Source of the DNA: Promethearchaeota archaeon
GTDB taxonomy: Archaea; Asgardarchaeota; Lokiarchaeia; Sigyniarchaeales; SOKP01
Direction of reading: 5' to 3'
NCBI GenBank assembly: GCA_048939995.1
Contig: JBHLOY010000006.1
Span: forward strand, 128,001 to 192,000
DNA: 64,000 nt
Shown piece by piece: positions 8,567 to 18,213 of this stretch (its first letter is position 1; the number at the start of each line of letters is the position of its first letter). A program made the translations under genes and the position numbers. Under the pieces are notes generated by a model. It did no database searches and was not told where the DNA came from. It worked only from the letters and a program-made list of their open reading frames with translations.

Positions 8567-9778
8567 GTGATTTATATGGTTGTGTATTTCGCATTTTTAT
8601 TCCATGTATATCAACCCCCAGTGCAAATACCGCAAGTAATTAAACAGATTGTCAATGAATCATATAAACCGATTATTAATGCATTAGAAAATCACACGCA
8701 TACCAAAATTACACTTAATATTAATGGTTCATTGACTGAGCAACTCCATGATTTTGGATATGATGATCTAATTCAATCTATAATTATGTGTGCTAATAGA
8801 GGCCAAATTGAATTCACAGGTTCAGCAAAATTCCATCCAATCCTACCTCTCATTCCACAACCGGAGATTAGACGCCAAATTAAGCTGAATGATGAAACTA
8901 ATCAATTTTTCTTTGGAAAACTTTATTCACCTCGCGGTTTTTTCCCTCCTGAAATGGCTATTTCTGAAGATGTTTTTAGAGTAGTAAAAAAATTAGGATT
9001 TGATTGGGTAATTCTTAGTGGAATCGCAAATATGCTTCCAGATTTTCCAATCAACTATATTTCTTTACATAAGAATGGTCTTAAGTTAATATTTAGAGAC
9101 GATTATATCTCAATTGATTGTGCATTTAATAAAATAAATAATGTAGATGCTTTCATTAATCGTTTGAAATACAAAAATACGAATGAGGATATGTATATAA
9201 CCTTAGCCTTTGATGGTGAGACTTTTGGGCATCATGTTAAACATGCTATTAAGGATTTCTTAATCCCACTATTTGAAACACTACCTTACAGAGAGGATGT
9301 AAAGCTTTGTACTGTCTCTGAAATCATTGATAAGTTTCCAACTAAATATAAACAAGTACCTCGTGAATCTAGTTGGTCAACATTGCCTTATGATCTAGCG
9401 CAAGATGTACCGTTTCCGTTATGGTTCGATCCCAATAACGAAATACATAGAGAACAGCATCGTTTTTTTATGTATGCGTTAACTTTGATCAATTTGTCTG
9501 CAAAATATAGAGAAAGTATGGATGAAGAAAAAAAAGAGATCTTTGAAAATGCCCGAAATTTGCTTGATAGAGGAATTTATAGCTGTCAACAGTGGTGGGC
9601 ATCACAAAAACCATGGTATAATCCTGATATGATATTACGTGGATTAAATGAGGTTTTAATGGGCAGTGTTAATGCAAAAAGAAGTATTCCCGATAGCAAT
9701 CCAGAAATTATAGAAGTTATGGAACTAATCATGAAAGATATGTTAAAAGCCCATAATAAAATTATATTATCTATATAA
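8567..9778 (+). CDS. Glycoside hydrolase family 57 protein
   Basis: HVYQP, HPILPLI, GFFPPEMA (nucleophile Glu) and DGETFGHH (acid/base Asp). Confidence 0.9.
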   Translation: MIYMVVYFAFLFHVYQPPVQIPQVIKQIVNESYKPIINALENHTHTKITLNINGSLTEQLHDFGYDDLIQSIIMCANRGQIEFTGSAKFHPILPLIPQPEIRRQIKLNDETNQFFFGKLYSPRGFFPPEMAISEDVFRVVKKLGFDWVILSGIANMLPDFPINYISLHKNGLKLIFRDDYISIDCAFNKINNVDAFINRLKYKNTNEDMYITLAFDGETFGHHVKHAIKDFLIPLFETLPYREDVKLCTVSEIIDKFPTKYKQVPRESSWSTLPYDLAQDVPFPLWFDPNNEIHREQHRFFMYALTLINLSAKYRESMDEEKKEIFENARNLLDRGIYSCQQWWASQKPWYNPDMILRGLNEVLMGSVNAKRSIPDSNPEIIEVMELIMKDMLKAHNKIILSI

Positions 9779-9822
9779 AAAATAGGAAAAAGAAAAATAG
9801 CTAAGAATAGAAAAGTTCTTTA

Positions 9823-9996
9823 TTAACTCTTATCAAAGATGTTCCCGCAACTACCGCATTTTATTCTCTTTTTATAAACAGGAGTTCCCTGCATAGAAAA
9901 ATAAAGTACTTGAGTCTTATCTGGCTCTTCATGAAGCTTCCTAGGGTTCTCTTCTCCACATTCAGAACATTTAAACCTTTTGTATGTTTCTGTCAT
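9823..9996 (-). CDS. Small zinc-ribbon protein (57 aa; not in the ORF track)
   Basis: Hand translation MTETYKRFKCSECGEENPRKLHEEPDKTQVLYFSMQGTPVYKKRIKCGSCGNIFDKS; two CxxCG knuckles. Confidence 0.8.
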   Translation of the reverse strand: MTETYKRFKCSECGEENPRKLHEEPDKTQVLYFSMQGTPVYKKRIKCGSCGNIFDKS

Positions 9997-10037
9997 ATTC
10001 TACGATCTAAATTTCTTTATAAAATAGTAAGAATTCT

Positions 10038-10583
10038 TTAATTTAAATGTAGTTTTTTGAGAATTTTTATTTTAGTGATAATTTCATCTACTATTTCTTT
10101 TTTATTTCTATTTGTAGTATCTATAATAATATCAGCTGCAATTTTATAAAATGGTTCTCTATAATGTAATATTGATTCTATTTCTCTTTTAAGATTATCT
10201 TTATTTATTAAAGGCCGCTTTTCTTTCCCATTCTTCATTATCCTATAGCAAAGTTCATCAGTACTTGCAGTTAGTAGTATTAAAAGACAATTTCTTTTCA
10301 AATTCTTAATATTTTTATTGTTTAGGACTATACCTCCACCACATGAGATTATAGCTTTTTTTAGTTTTGAAACTTTCTTACAAGCTTTAATTTCATATTC
10401 TCTAAATTTTTGTTCTCCATCTTCTCTAAAAATCTGATTTATTGATTTCCCAGCCATTCTTATTACCATCTGATCAGTTTCTATGAATTGATAGGTATTA
10501 CCTAAGCATCTTGCAAGTTCCTTTCCAATTAATGTTTTTCCAGTTGCCATGAATCCAATAAGTGCAATTGAATCTTTGTTCAT
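10038..10583 (-). CDS. aroK: Shikimate kinase (bacterial/NMP-kinase type)
   Basis: IGFMATGKT, GEQKFREYE, ISCGGG, KRPL and REPFY; start taken at ATG 10583 (MNKDSIALIG). Confidence 0.9.
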   Translation of the reverse strand: MNKDSIALIGFMATGKTLIGKELARCLGNTYQFIETDQMVIRMAGKSINQIFREDGEQKFREYEIKACKKVSKLKKAIISCGGGIVLNNKNIKNLKRNCLLILLTASTDELCYRIMKNGKEKRPLINKDNLKREIESILHYREPFYKIAADIIIDTTNRNKKEIVDEIITKIKILKKLHLN

Positions 10584-10615
10584 AATTAACTCAGTTTTTT
10601 GAATAAATAATACCT

Positions 10616-11170
10616 TCAATCCATAGTAAATCCATGCCTTCCTATTGCTCCTTTTTTTATTTCAAGGTAACTTCCTGAAATATATGCACAAAAATCAAAC
10701 TCATCTGGATTTAAATCATCATTTCGCACATATTTAGGATCAGAATGGGTAGCTAGTACTTCCCCGAAATAGCATACATGTGATCCTAATTTTATACGAT
10801 TAATAACCTTACATTCCATATTCCATGGAAATTCTTTTACCATGGGTACTTGAACAATTGATGCTGGCTCTTTAGTCAAATTTAATGCTTCCCATTTATC
10901 AATATTTCTTCCTGAGCGTGTACCGCAATAATCAATTTCTCTTAACTGTTCAATCGTTGGATAATTGATTACAAATTCGCCATGTTTCTCGATTAAGATA
11001 TAAGAATGGCGCTTGGGTTGAATTGAGATAACTACAATAGCGGGTTTTAAACAGACTTTTCCCACATAAGCAAGAGTTATTAGATTTGCTTCATCACCTT
11101 TTCCTACAGAGATAATAGCATTAGGCATAGGAAATACGCTTATTCCCGGTTTAAGAATTACTTTTTTCAT
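10616..11170 (-). CDS. Flavin reductase-like (split-barrel) protein
   Basis: NLITLAY, GEFVINYP, CGTRSGR, MECKV and GSHVCYFGEV. Confidence 0.87.
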   Translation of the reverse strand: MKKVILKPGISVFPMPNAIISVGKGDEANLITLAYVGKVCLKPAIVVISIQPKRHSYILIEKHGEFVINYPTIEQLREIDYCGTRSGRNIDKWEALNLTKEPASIVQVPMVKEFPWNMECKVINRIKLGSHVCYFGEVLATHSDPKYVRNDDLNPDEFDFCAYISGSYLEIKKGAIGRHGFTMD

Positions 11171-11273
11171 TCTAAAATTCAATACTCATTTATTAGAATA
11201 TTAGCTAAATAATTATAAATTAATTTTATCCTTAAACATATTAATAGTTATTAATTTGTTGATTTATTTGTAA

Positions 11274-12134
11274 ATGTCAGTTAAGAATTATATTACAGCA
11301 CAAACAGACATACTTGGTGTTATTGGGCATCCAATTGAACATTCAATGAGCCCTATTATGCATAATGCTGCTATTAGAGATCTTAACTTGGACTATATAT
11401 ATTTAGCCTTTGATATACCCCCAAATAATTTGAAGGATGCTATAAAAGGAATAAGGGCCCTTAATATAAAAGGGATCAACGTAACACTCCCTCATAAAGA
11501 AAAAGTAATGCAATTTCTAGATAATATTGATGTTATTGCTCAAAAAATCAATAGTATAAATGCTATAAAAAATGAAGATGGGCTTTTAACAGGAAAAAAT
11601 TTTGATTCGGAAGGAGCCAAAGAAGCGTTATTGAATGCAGGATGTACGCTTTCAGGGAAAAAAGTTATAATATTAGGGGCAGGTGGGGCTGCAAAAGCCA
11701 TTTCCTATTCATTGGCATTAGAGGCAGAAAAAATCGTAATAATTAATCGAACTGAGGATCGAGCTAAAAGATTAGTGAGTGAATTGAAAAAATTCAATAT
11801 TGAAAGTAAGAAATATAATGAAGAAACTATTAGAGAGGAAATAAAAAATGCAGATATTTTAATAAATGCAACTCCGGTCGGTATGTTTCCTTCTATGGAA
11901 ACAACCCCAATTTCAAGAAATCTTTTACATAGTGGATTATTTGTTTTTGATCTAATATACAATCCATTAGAAACCCAGTTGCTCAAAGATTCGAAAGAGA
12001 TTGGTTGCCGAGTACTAGGTGGTTTAGATATGTTGGTATACCAAGGAGCTTTAGCATTTGAATGGTGGATAAATAAAAAACCTAATATAGAATTAATGAA
12101 AAGAAAGGTAATTGAATATTTAGGAGGGGGATAA
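11274..12134 (+). CDS. aroE: Shikimate dehydrogenase
   Basis: GHPIEHSMSPIMHN, NVTLPHK, GAGGAA, NATPVGM, DLIYNPLET and GLDMLVYQG. Confidence 0.95.
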   Translation: MSVKNYITAQTDILGVIGHPIEHSMSPIMHNAAIRDLNLDYIYLAFDIPPNNLKDAIKGIRALNIKGINVTLPHKEKVMQFLDNIDVIAQKINSINAIKNEDGLLTGKNFDSEGAKEALLNAGCTLSGKKVIILGAGGAAKAISYSLALEAEKIVIINRTEDRAKRLVSELKKFNIESKKYNEETIREEIKNADILINATPVGMFPSMETTPISRNLLHSGLFVFDLIYNPLETQLLKDSKEIGCRVLGGLDMLVYQGALAFEWWINKKPNIELMKRKVIEYLGGG

Positions 12135-13036
12135 TGTTAGGTAAGAATTTAACCATAATAGGTGGTTCAGGAGGGATGGGAAAAGTCTTTGCAAAATATT
12201 TTAAGAAACATGGATTTAATATAATTTTACATGCTCGTAATGAAGAAAATTTAAAACGTACTGCTTATGAGTTGAATGTAAATTATGAACTATCACTTGG
12301 TAAAAGTGTAGAAGATGCAAACATAGTCATGATCTCAGTTCCTATTCCTCTAACAACAGCTATAATAAGAGAAGTAGTTCCCTTTCTAAAAGCAGATTCA
12401 CTAATTTTTGACATCACTTCAATTAAAAATGAAGTAATTAGAGTATATGAAGAAATTAAGATGAAATACCCCATAAATTGTCTTTCACTTCATCCTATGT
12501 TTGGTCCTGGAATTAAAAATATGAAGAATTACATTATTCTTATCTTAAGAATTGGTGGCACAGAAAACTATAATAAGATAGTTGATGATTTATTAAGTTT
12601 AATTAAATCTGATGACATAATAGTTACAGAAACAACTCCGGAACTACATGATAAATACATAGCAATGACATTAGGAATCCCTCACATGCTTAATATTTTA
12701 TTTTTAAATCTATTAAGAAGAATGAATGAAACGCTGAACGATTTAACAAAATATGCAGGAACTACATTTCTGCTTCAAAAAGTCTTTTCAGAAAGTATTA
12801 TTCAAAGAGAAATGGAGATGTTTGCTGACATTCAGATACAAAACAAAGAATTTCAAAAAGTGTTAGATGAATTTGAAAATTTAATAAAAGAATATAAAAA
12901 AATCATACAAAGCAAAGATAAGCAAGGATTTGTCAATATGTTTAAAGATGGTTTAAATTATTCAAGTGAGGATAGCCACTTTAAAGACTCATACAAATAT
13001 TTCTATGAATTTATGAAAATTTTGAAAAATGAATAG
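12134..13036 (+). CDS. tyrA: Prephenate dehydrogenase
   Basis: IIGGSGGMG, DITSIK, HPMFGP and HDKYIA. Confidence 0.88.
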   Translation: MLGKNLTIIGGSGGMGKVFAKYFKKHGFNIILHARNEENLKRTAYELNVNYELSLGKSVEDANIVMISVPIPLTTAIIREVVPFLKADSLIFDITSIKNEVIRVYEEIKMKYPINCLSLHPMFGPGIKNMKNYIILILRIGGTENYNKIVDDLLSLIKSDDIIVTETTPELHDKYIAMTLGIPHMLNILFLNLLRRMNETLNDLTKYAGTTFLLQKVFSESIIQREMEMFADIQIQNKEFQKVLDEFENLIKEYKKIIQSKDKQGFVNMFKDGLNYSSEDSHFKDSYKYFYEFMKILKNE

Positions 13037-13113
13037 AATATCCTCCAAATTAAAATGTGTAGTTCTTATAATTATATTTATACAGTTTTTTATGAAACTA
13101 TGGCTCTGGGGAG

Positions 13114-13356
13114 TTGAAAACGGAGAAAATAACCTCATTTCACGTATATAGTCAAGATAATAATATTGGTCTTAATATATTAGTCGATAAAATTTGGCTT
13201 GAAAATGATCGCGTTTATTTTAGAGTAAACGAGTTCTTATCTGGAAATAAAAATTATCTACGTAAAGAAAAAGGTAAAGCTATTTTCTCTATTCACGAAA
13301 GCTTTATATTTAGTATAAGATGTCGGATTTACATGCAAGCTTCGCAAAGTATTTAA
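13114..13356 (+). CDS. Hypothetical protein (80 aa)
   Basis: ORF filling the gap between tyrA and tmk on the same strand. Confidence 0.55.
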   Translation: MKTEKITSFHVYSQDNNIGLNILVDKIWLENDRVYFRVNEFLSGNKNYLRKEKGKAIFSIHESFIFSIRCRIYMQASQSI

Positions 13357-13493
13357 GAAATATTTAAGTCAAGCACCATCTATTTTTATGAGAAGAAAAT
13401 AATTTAATAATTTAAGGTGCATTTTATAAAGTGAATTCTTTTTAGACTTAACTCATGTTTACCAAAAAATGAAAAATAATATAAAATTTAATC

Positions 13494-14096
13494 ATGCCAA
13501 CCTTTATCGTATTAGATGGAATTGACGGTTCTGGTACAACAACTCATAGTAAGCTTCTTTACGGCTTTTTAGAGTCAAAGGGTTTTAAAGTGCATTTAAC
13601 TAAAGAACCTTCAAATAGTGAAGTAGGTCAATTAATAAGGAGAAATCTTAAGAATCAAAACATCCCCCCAACTACAGATGCCTTGATGTTTGCAGCTGAT
13701 AGAGACCTTCATTATCGAATGGAAATTAAAGAATATTTATCCAAAGGTTTTATAGTTATTTCTGATAGATACATTGAATCATCAATAGTATATCAATCTA
13801 TACAATCAGATGAAATTTCAATTGATTGGGTAAAAACAATTAATAAGTTTGCGGGAAAAGCAGATTTGACAATTATATTAGATATTGATCCAATGATATC
13901 CCTAGCAAGAAAATCAACAAGCTTTGAAAAATTTGAGAATGATTCCTTCTTGAATAAAGTGAGAGAACTATATCTCTTGCGAGCAAAAGAACAGGGTTAC
14001 CCTATTATTAATACAAATGAAATTATTGAATTTGTCCAACAAAAAATTCAAAAAATAGTTTTAAAAAAATTAAAGGAACAGGAAATACGTGAGTAA
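13494..14096 (+). CDS. tmk: Thymidylate kinase
   Basis: FIVLDGIDGSGTTT, TKEPS, LMFAADR and ISDRYIESSIVYQ. Confidence 0.92.
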   Translation: MPTFIVLDGIDGSGTTTHSKLLYGFLESKGFKVHLTKEPSNSEVGQLIRRNLKNQNIPPTTDALMFAADRDLHYRMEIKEYLSKGFIVISDRYIESSIVYQSIQSDEISIDWVKTINKFAGKADLTIILDIDPMISLARKSTSFEKFENDSFLNKVRELYLLRAKEQGYPIINTNEIIEFVQQKIQKIVLKKLKEQEIRE

Positions 14097-14134
14097 TTTC
14101 TAATCTCTAATCAAAGAAACTTAAAAATGCGAAA

Positions 14135-14668
14135 TTACATTAACTTTTTTAATTCTGCTTGAATATCTTCAATTCTCTTTTTTGCTTTTATAAGTATCTG
14201 TGTTTTTCCATATTTTACGAACCAGTTATTAAACCTTTGTTCGATAGAGACTTCTCGAGTTCCAGCCATATGTTTATCAGCTAGACATATTATCTTCTCT
14301 TCAATTGATTGAGGTAGAAACTCTCTTTCAGGAAGATTAACACTAACAGCATCGATTTTATCTAATCCCCCTAAAATATGGGTTTCACAAATTCTAGCTA
14401 ATTTCTCAGAAAAACCATGTTCTCTTAATATTTGTGCTCCGATTATCGCATGCTTGAATCCATGTGTTTTTGCCCGACCAACATCATGTAATAATGCCCC
14501 GATTTCAATTAAATTAACATCAAGGTCAATTTTTGTGATTTTTTCTGCTATTTCTAGTGCTTTATCAGTAACTTTAAGAGAGTGGCGCCTAACATGGTAT
14601 GGTACTTTCATTTTTTTTAAAAATTCAAAGGCGAATTCACTCGAAGGTAAGGTTTCATCATAAGACAT
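14135..14668 (-). CDS. HD/HDIG-domain phosphohydrolase
   Basis: RRHS, LLHDVGR, HAIIGA, CETH and EEKIICLAD. Confidence 0.88.
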   Translation of the reverse strand: MSYDETLPSSEFAFEFLKKMKVPYHVRRHSLKVTDKALEIAEKITKIDLDVNLIEIGALLHDVGRAKTHGFKHAIIGAQILREHGFSEKLARICETHILGGLDKIDAVSVNLPEREFLPQSIEEKIICLADKHMAGTREVSIEQRFNNWFVKYGKTQILIKAKKRIEDIQAELKKLM

Positions 14669-14811
14669 TAATTTCTAAAAGCGATTATCAACTAAAAGGT
14701 TTAGTTATTGACTAAAAGATCAAAGTATTTATATACTAAAGTAGTAAATATTTAGATCATTAGACAAGAATTCAAAAACATTTATCGTATTGAAATTGAG
14801 GAAGATCGCAG

Positions 14812-17800
14812 ATGAAAAATAAGAAAATAATCTTTTTAATCATTGTTTTATTATCTGTATCTTTTACATTGGTTTTTATGATAAATTATATCAATCAACC
14901 ATATGTTGAAGAATTTTTACCTCAAGAAATGACCCTGGATGTTGAAAATCCAGTTTCTTCAGCCCCTATAACTCCAAAGAATGCTTTTGCTATTGTAGTA
15001 GGTATATCAGATTATCCTGGGTCGACTTCAGATTTGTCTTATTGTGATGATGATGCCCAAGATGTTTATCAGATGTTAATTAATGATTTTAATTTCAAAC
15101 CTGAAAATGTTATTTATCTTCAAGATTCAAGCGCTTCAAAAGGAGCTATAGATAGCGCATTTAATCAAATCGCCTCCCAAATTAGTAGTGAAGATATCTT
15201 TTTCTTTTATTATTCAGGGCATGGAGGTGCTCAAACCCAAAGTACTGGTGTCATAAGTTATTCTGTCGATTCTCCTCACCCTTATTCAAACTACTATGAC
15301 AATATGTGGAGTATTTATCATTCTAACGCAGCTTACATGAGAGTTCATTTTGATCATTTTGAAACTGAATATAATTATGATTATGTATATTTAGGCGATA
15401 CTGATTTAGGTTCTGGATGGTATTATGAAGGATATTCTGGTTATAGTTCCGGATTTTGGTCTGGTTGGATTCCAATCTTGAGTGACTATAGACTTTATAT
15501 TAGACTTGTTACTGATAGCTCAATTACTGATTGGGGATTCAGTATAGATAGTTATGAAGCACGTACGTATGATGGCACTCATTTTTTATGTTCATATGAT
15601 TCTATACCTAGTACTCCTACTAATTATTACTTAGATTCTCTGCTTGATTCAAAACTAGATCAAATAAATTGTGATGAAAGATATATCATTTTAGATGCAT
15701 GTAATACGGGAGGTATGATTCCTGAAGTACAACAAGTAGGTAGATTTATAATGACTGCATGTGATGATGAAGAGTCAAGTTTAGAATCGCCCTCATTAGA
15801 ACATGGAGTTTTCACTAATTTTTTTCTTGAATCTTTTGATTCTGCTAGTGATTCTAATGCGGATGGTGTTATTTCAATGGAAGAAAGTTTCTCATATACT
15901 TCTTCAAGCACCATAAGTTATTCAAGTGGCATGGGTTATACTCATCACCCACAACAATACGATGGTATAAGTGGAGAGTCCGTACTTTTTACTACTTTTG
16001 GAGCTTTAAGCTTAATTCCAACTGGAAATTCCTTATCCTATTCTTTTAATCTCTATGGAACAGGATTAATTGAATCACTCAGAATAGCAGCTTATAATAA
16101 TTCAAATCCTATGGCATACACTGTAGAAGATCTAACAGAAAATCCTGTTTCAGAAACCGGATTTGGATACTATTCTGGTATTTTAGAAGTAAATGGGGTA
16201 ACCGGAATTACTGATTATGGTATTTTTGCCCGCGTAAATGGAAATGAAGTCCTTTTCTTGAATTTAACTATCTCAAATGATATAGATTCGGATTCTATTG
16301 ATGATATCACCGAAATTATGTTTGGAATGAACATATCTAATACAGATAGTGATTCAGATGGTTTAGATGATTATACTGAGTTCTATGGAATAACAAATCC
16401 TACATCTAATGATACTGATAATGATGGGATGGATGATTTTTTTGAATTACATTATAATTTAGATCCAATAAATGATGATTCTAATGAAGATGAGGATAAT
16501 GATGGCTTAAACAACTTACTTGAATATCAACTCGGCTCTTTTGTAAATGATACTGACACTGATGATGATCTGATGCTTGATGGTTGGGAATATATACATA
16601 ATTTAAATTTATTAGTTGATGATACTTCCTTTGACCCCGATTTGGATGGTATTCCTAATATCCATGAATTTGGAAACAATACTGACCCTCAAAGTCCTGA
16701 TACAGATTCGGATACTATCGATGATGGTGATGAGATTTTAGTATATTTTACTAATCCATGTGACAATGATACAGATGAAGATGGTTTAACAGATGATTTC
16801 GAATTGTTCGTTTACTTTACCAATGCTACTGATGAGGATTCTGAAGGTGATGGCATGGATGATTATTATGAATTCATATATGGTTTTGATCCTCTTAATA
16901 ATGATTCAGGATATGATCCAGATGAAGATGGACTTTCTAATCTTTTAGAAAGTCAATATTACACCAATCCTTTAAATCCCGATTCAGATGGAGATTTTAT
17001 GAATGATCACTACGAAATTCAATGTAACTTAAATCCCTTAGTAGATGATGCAAATGCTGATGAAGATAATGATGGACTTTCAAATTTATTAGAATTTCTT
17101 CTAGGTTCAAATGCGAATGATGTTGACTCGGATAATGATCACATGCCAGATTATTGGGAATACAATAATTGTTTAAATTTAACGAATAGTGACGGTCTTT
17201 TTGATAATGATGATGATGGATTAAATAATGTAAATGAATATAACCTTGGAACAAATCCACAAAACCCAGATACTGATTATGATGGTTTAATGGATGGAAA
17301 TGAGGTTCAAATTTATTTTACTAATCCATTTAATCCTGATACAGATGGAGATGGATATTATGATGGTATTGAAGTATTATGGGGTACTAATCCTTTAGAT
17401 CCTAGAACTTCTCTAACTACTATTTTCTTAAATATTGCAGGAGGAGTATTATTAATCGGTTCTGTCTATTACGTTGTACGCACTCAAGTATATGCTAAGA
17501 AGCATAAGGAAAAAATCCCAAAAGGCAAATTTTATGTTGACAAAAAAATAGAAGGTTACAATGCGTTATCTATTAAAAAAGAAATAAAACCAAAGCCTGT
17601 TTATAAACCTAGAACATATACACCAACTTATGGTAGGCCTTACATCCCGCCAACTGGCAGAGTTACTCCCCCAGATCTAAAAGAAGTAAGAAATTTAATC
17701 ATTTATGGTTTACCAACTCCAAAACCTAGTTATTCATTAGAAGGTCAAAGAGCATTGAATATAGCAAATCATGCTTTTAAATTATTCAATCAAGGACAGT

Positions 17801-18132
17801 ATCAAGCTTCAATTCAAAGCATGCTACATGCATTAATGTTAGGAGTACCTGAACCAATGAATAGCCATTTAAAGAAGATTATTCTAGATTCATTGGATAG
17901 AGTTATTGGTTCAGAAAAAATAACACAACCAGCAATTCCTTCATCTTCAGTGAGTTCTACTCCAACTGTAAAGTGTTCAATATGCGGGACTTTAAATAAA
18001 GATATAAACAAATTCTGTAAGAATTGTGGAAAGCCACTAGAAAGGGTTCCTCTGACAAAAAACTGTGGATTTTGTGGGGCATCAAATGGAATCTCTAATA
18101 AATTTTGCACTAAATGTGGGAGGGAGTTATAA
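14812..18132 (+). CDS. Membrane-anchored caspase-family (clan CD) peptidase with CUB-like insert, Ca-binding repeats, TM helix and C-terminal zinc ribbons
   Basis: N-terminal signal/anchor; AIVVGISDY, YYSGHG (H137), ILDAC (C297) and HGVFT; DxDxDG repeats; TM near 17413-17478; two CxxCG-x8-FCxxCG ribbons. Confidence 0.85.
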   Translation: MKNKKIIFLIIVLLSVSFTLVFMINYINQPYVEEFLPQEMTLDVENPVSSAPITPKNAFAIVVGISDYPGSTSDLSYCDDDAQDVYQMLINDFNFKPENVIYLQDSSASKGAIDSAFNQIASQISSEDIFFFYYSGHGGAQTQSTGVISYSVDSPHPYSNYYDNMWSIYHSNAAYMRVHFDHFETEYNYDYVYLGDTDLGSGWYYEGYSGYSSGFWSGWIPILSDYRLYIRLVTDSSITDWGFSIDSYEARTYDGTHFLCSYDSIPSTPTNYYLDSLLDSKLDQINCDERYIILDACNTGGMIPEVQQVGRFIMTACDDEESSLESPSLEHGVFTNFFLESFDSASDSNADGVISMEESFSYTSSSTISYSSGMGYTHHPQQYDGISGESVLFTTFGALSLIPTGNSLSYSFNLYGTGLIESLRIAAYNNSNPMAYTVEDLTENPVSETGFGYYSGILEVNGVTGITDYGIFARVNGNEVLFLNLTISNDIDSDSIDDITEIMFGMNISNTDSDSDGLDDYTEFYGITNPTSNDTDNDGMDDFFELHYNLDPINDDSNEDEDNDGLNNLLEYQLGSFVNDTDTDDDLMLDGWEYIHNLNLLVDDTSFDPDLDGIPNIHEFGNNTDPQSPDTDSDTIDDGDEILVYFTNPCDNDTDEDGLTDDFELFVYFTNATDEDSEGDGMDDYYEFIYGFDPLNNDSGYDPDEDGLSNLLESQYYTNPLNPDSDGDFMNDHYEIQCNLNPLVDDANADEDNDGLSNLLEFLLGSNANDVDSDNDHMPDYWEYNNCLNLTNSDGLFDNDDDGLNNVNEYNLGTNPQNPDTDYDGLMDGNEVQIYFTNPFNPDTDGDGYYDGIEVLWGTNPLDPRTSLTTIFLNIAGGVLLIGSVYYVVRTQVYAKKHKEKIPKGKFYVDKKIEGYNALSIKKEIKPKPVYKPRTYTPTYGRPYIPPTGRVTPPDLKEVRNLIIYGLPTPKPSYSLEGQRALNIANHAFKLFNQGQYQASIQSMLHALMLGVPEPMNSHLKKIILDSLDRVIGSEKITQPAIPSSSVSSTPTVKCSICGTLNKDINKFCKNCGKPLERVPLTKNCGFCGASNGISNKFCTKCGREL
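16276..17405 (+). repeat. Tandem thrombospondin type-3-like Ca-binding repeats (DxDxDGLxDxxE...TNP) within the CDS
   Basis: Many degenerate Asp-rich units in the translation; protein-level repeat. Confidence 0.85.
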
Positions 18133-18213
18133 ATTAAGGCATCAAATCTTACTAATGAAAACCCAAAGAAAAAAGAAAAATACACCTTAATTCAATTTCA
18201 AGATGTTGATAAA

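Noticed and set aside
16276-17405. Repetitive DNA as a CRISPR array or tandem DNA repeat
   Set aside because: The repeats are degenerate at DNA level and conserved only as Asp-rich peptide motifs within a CDS.
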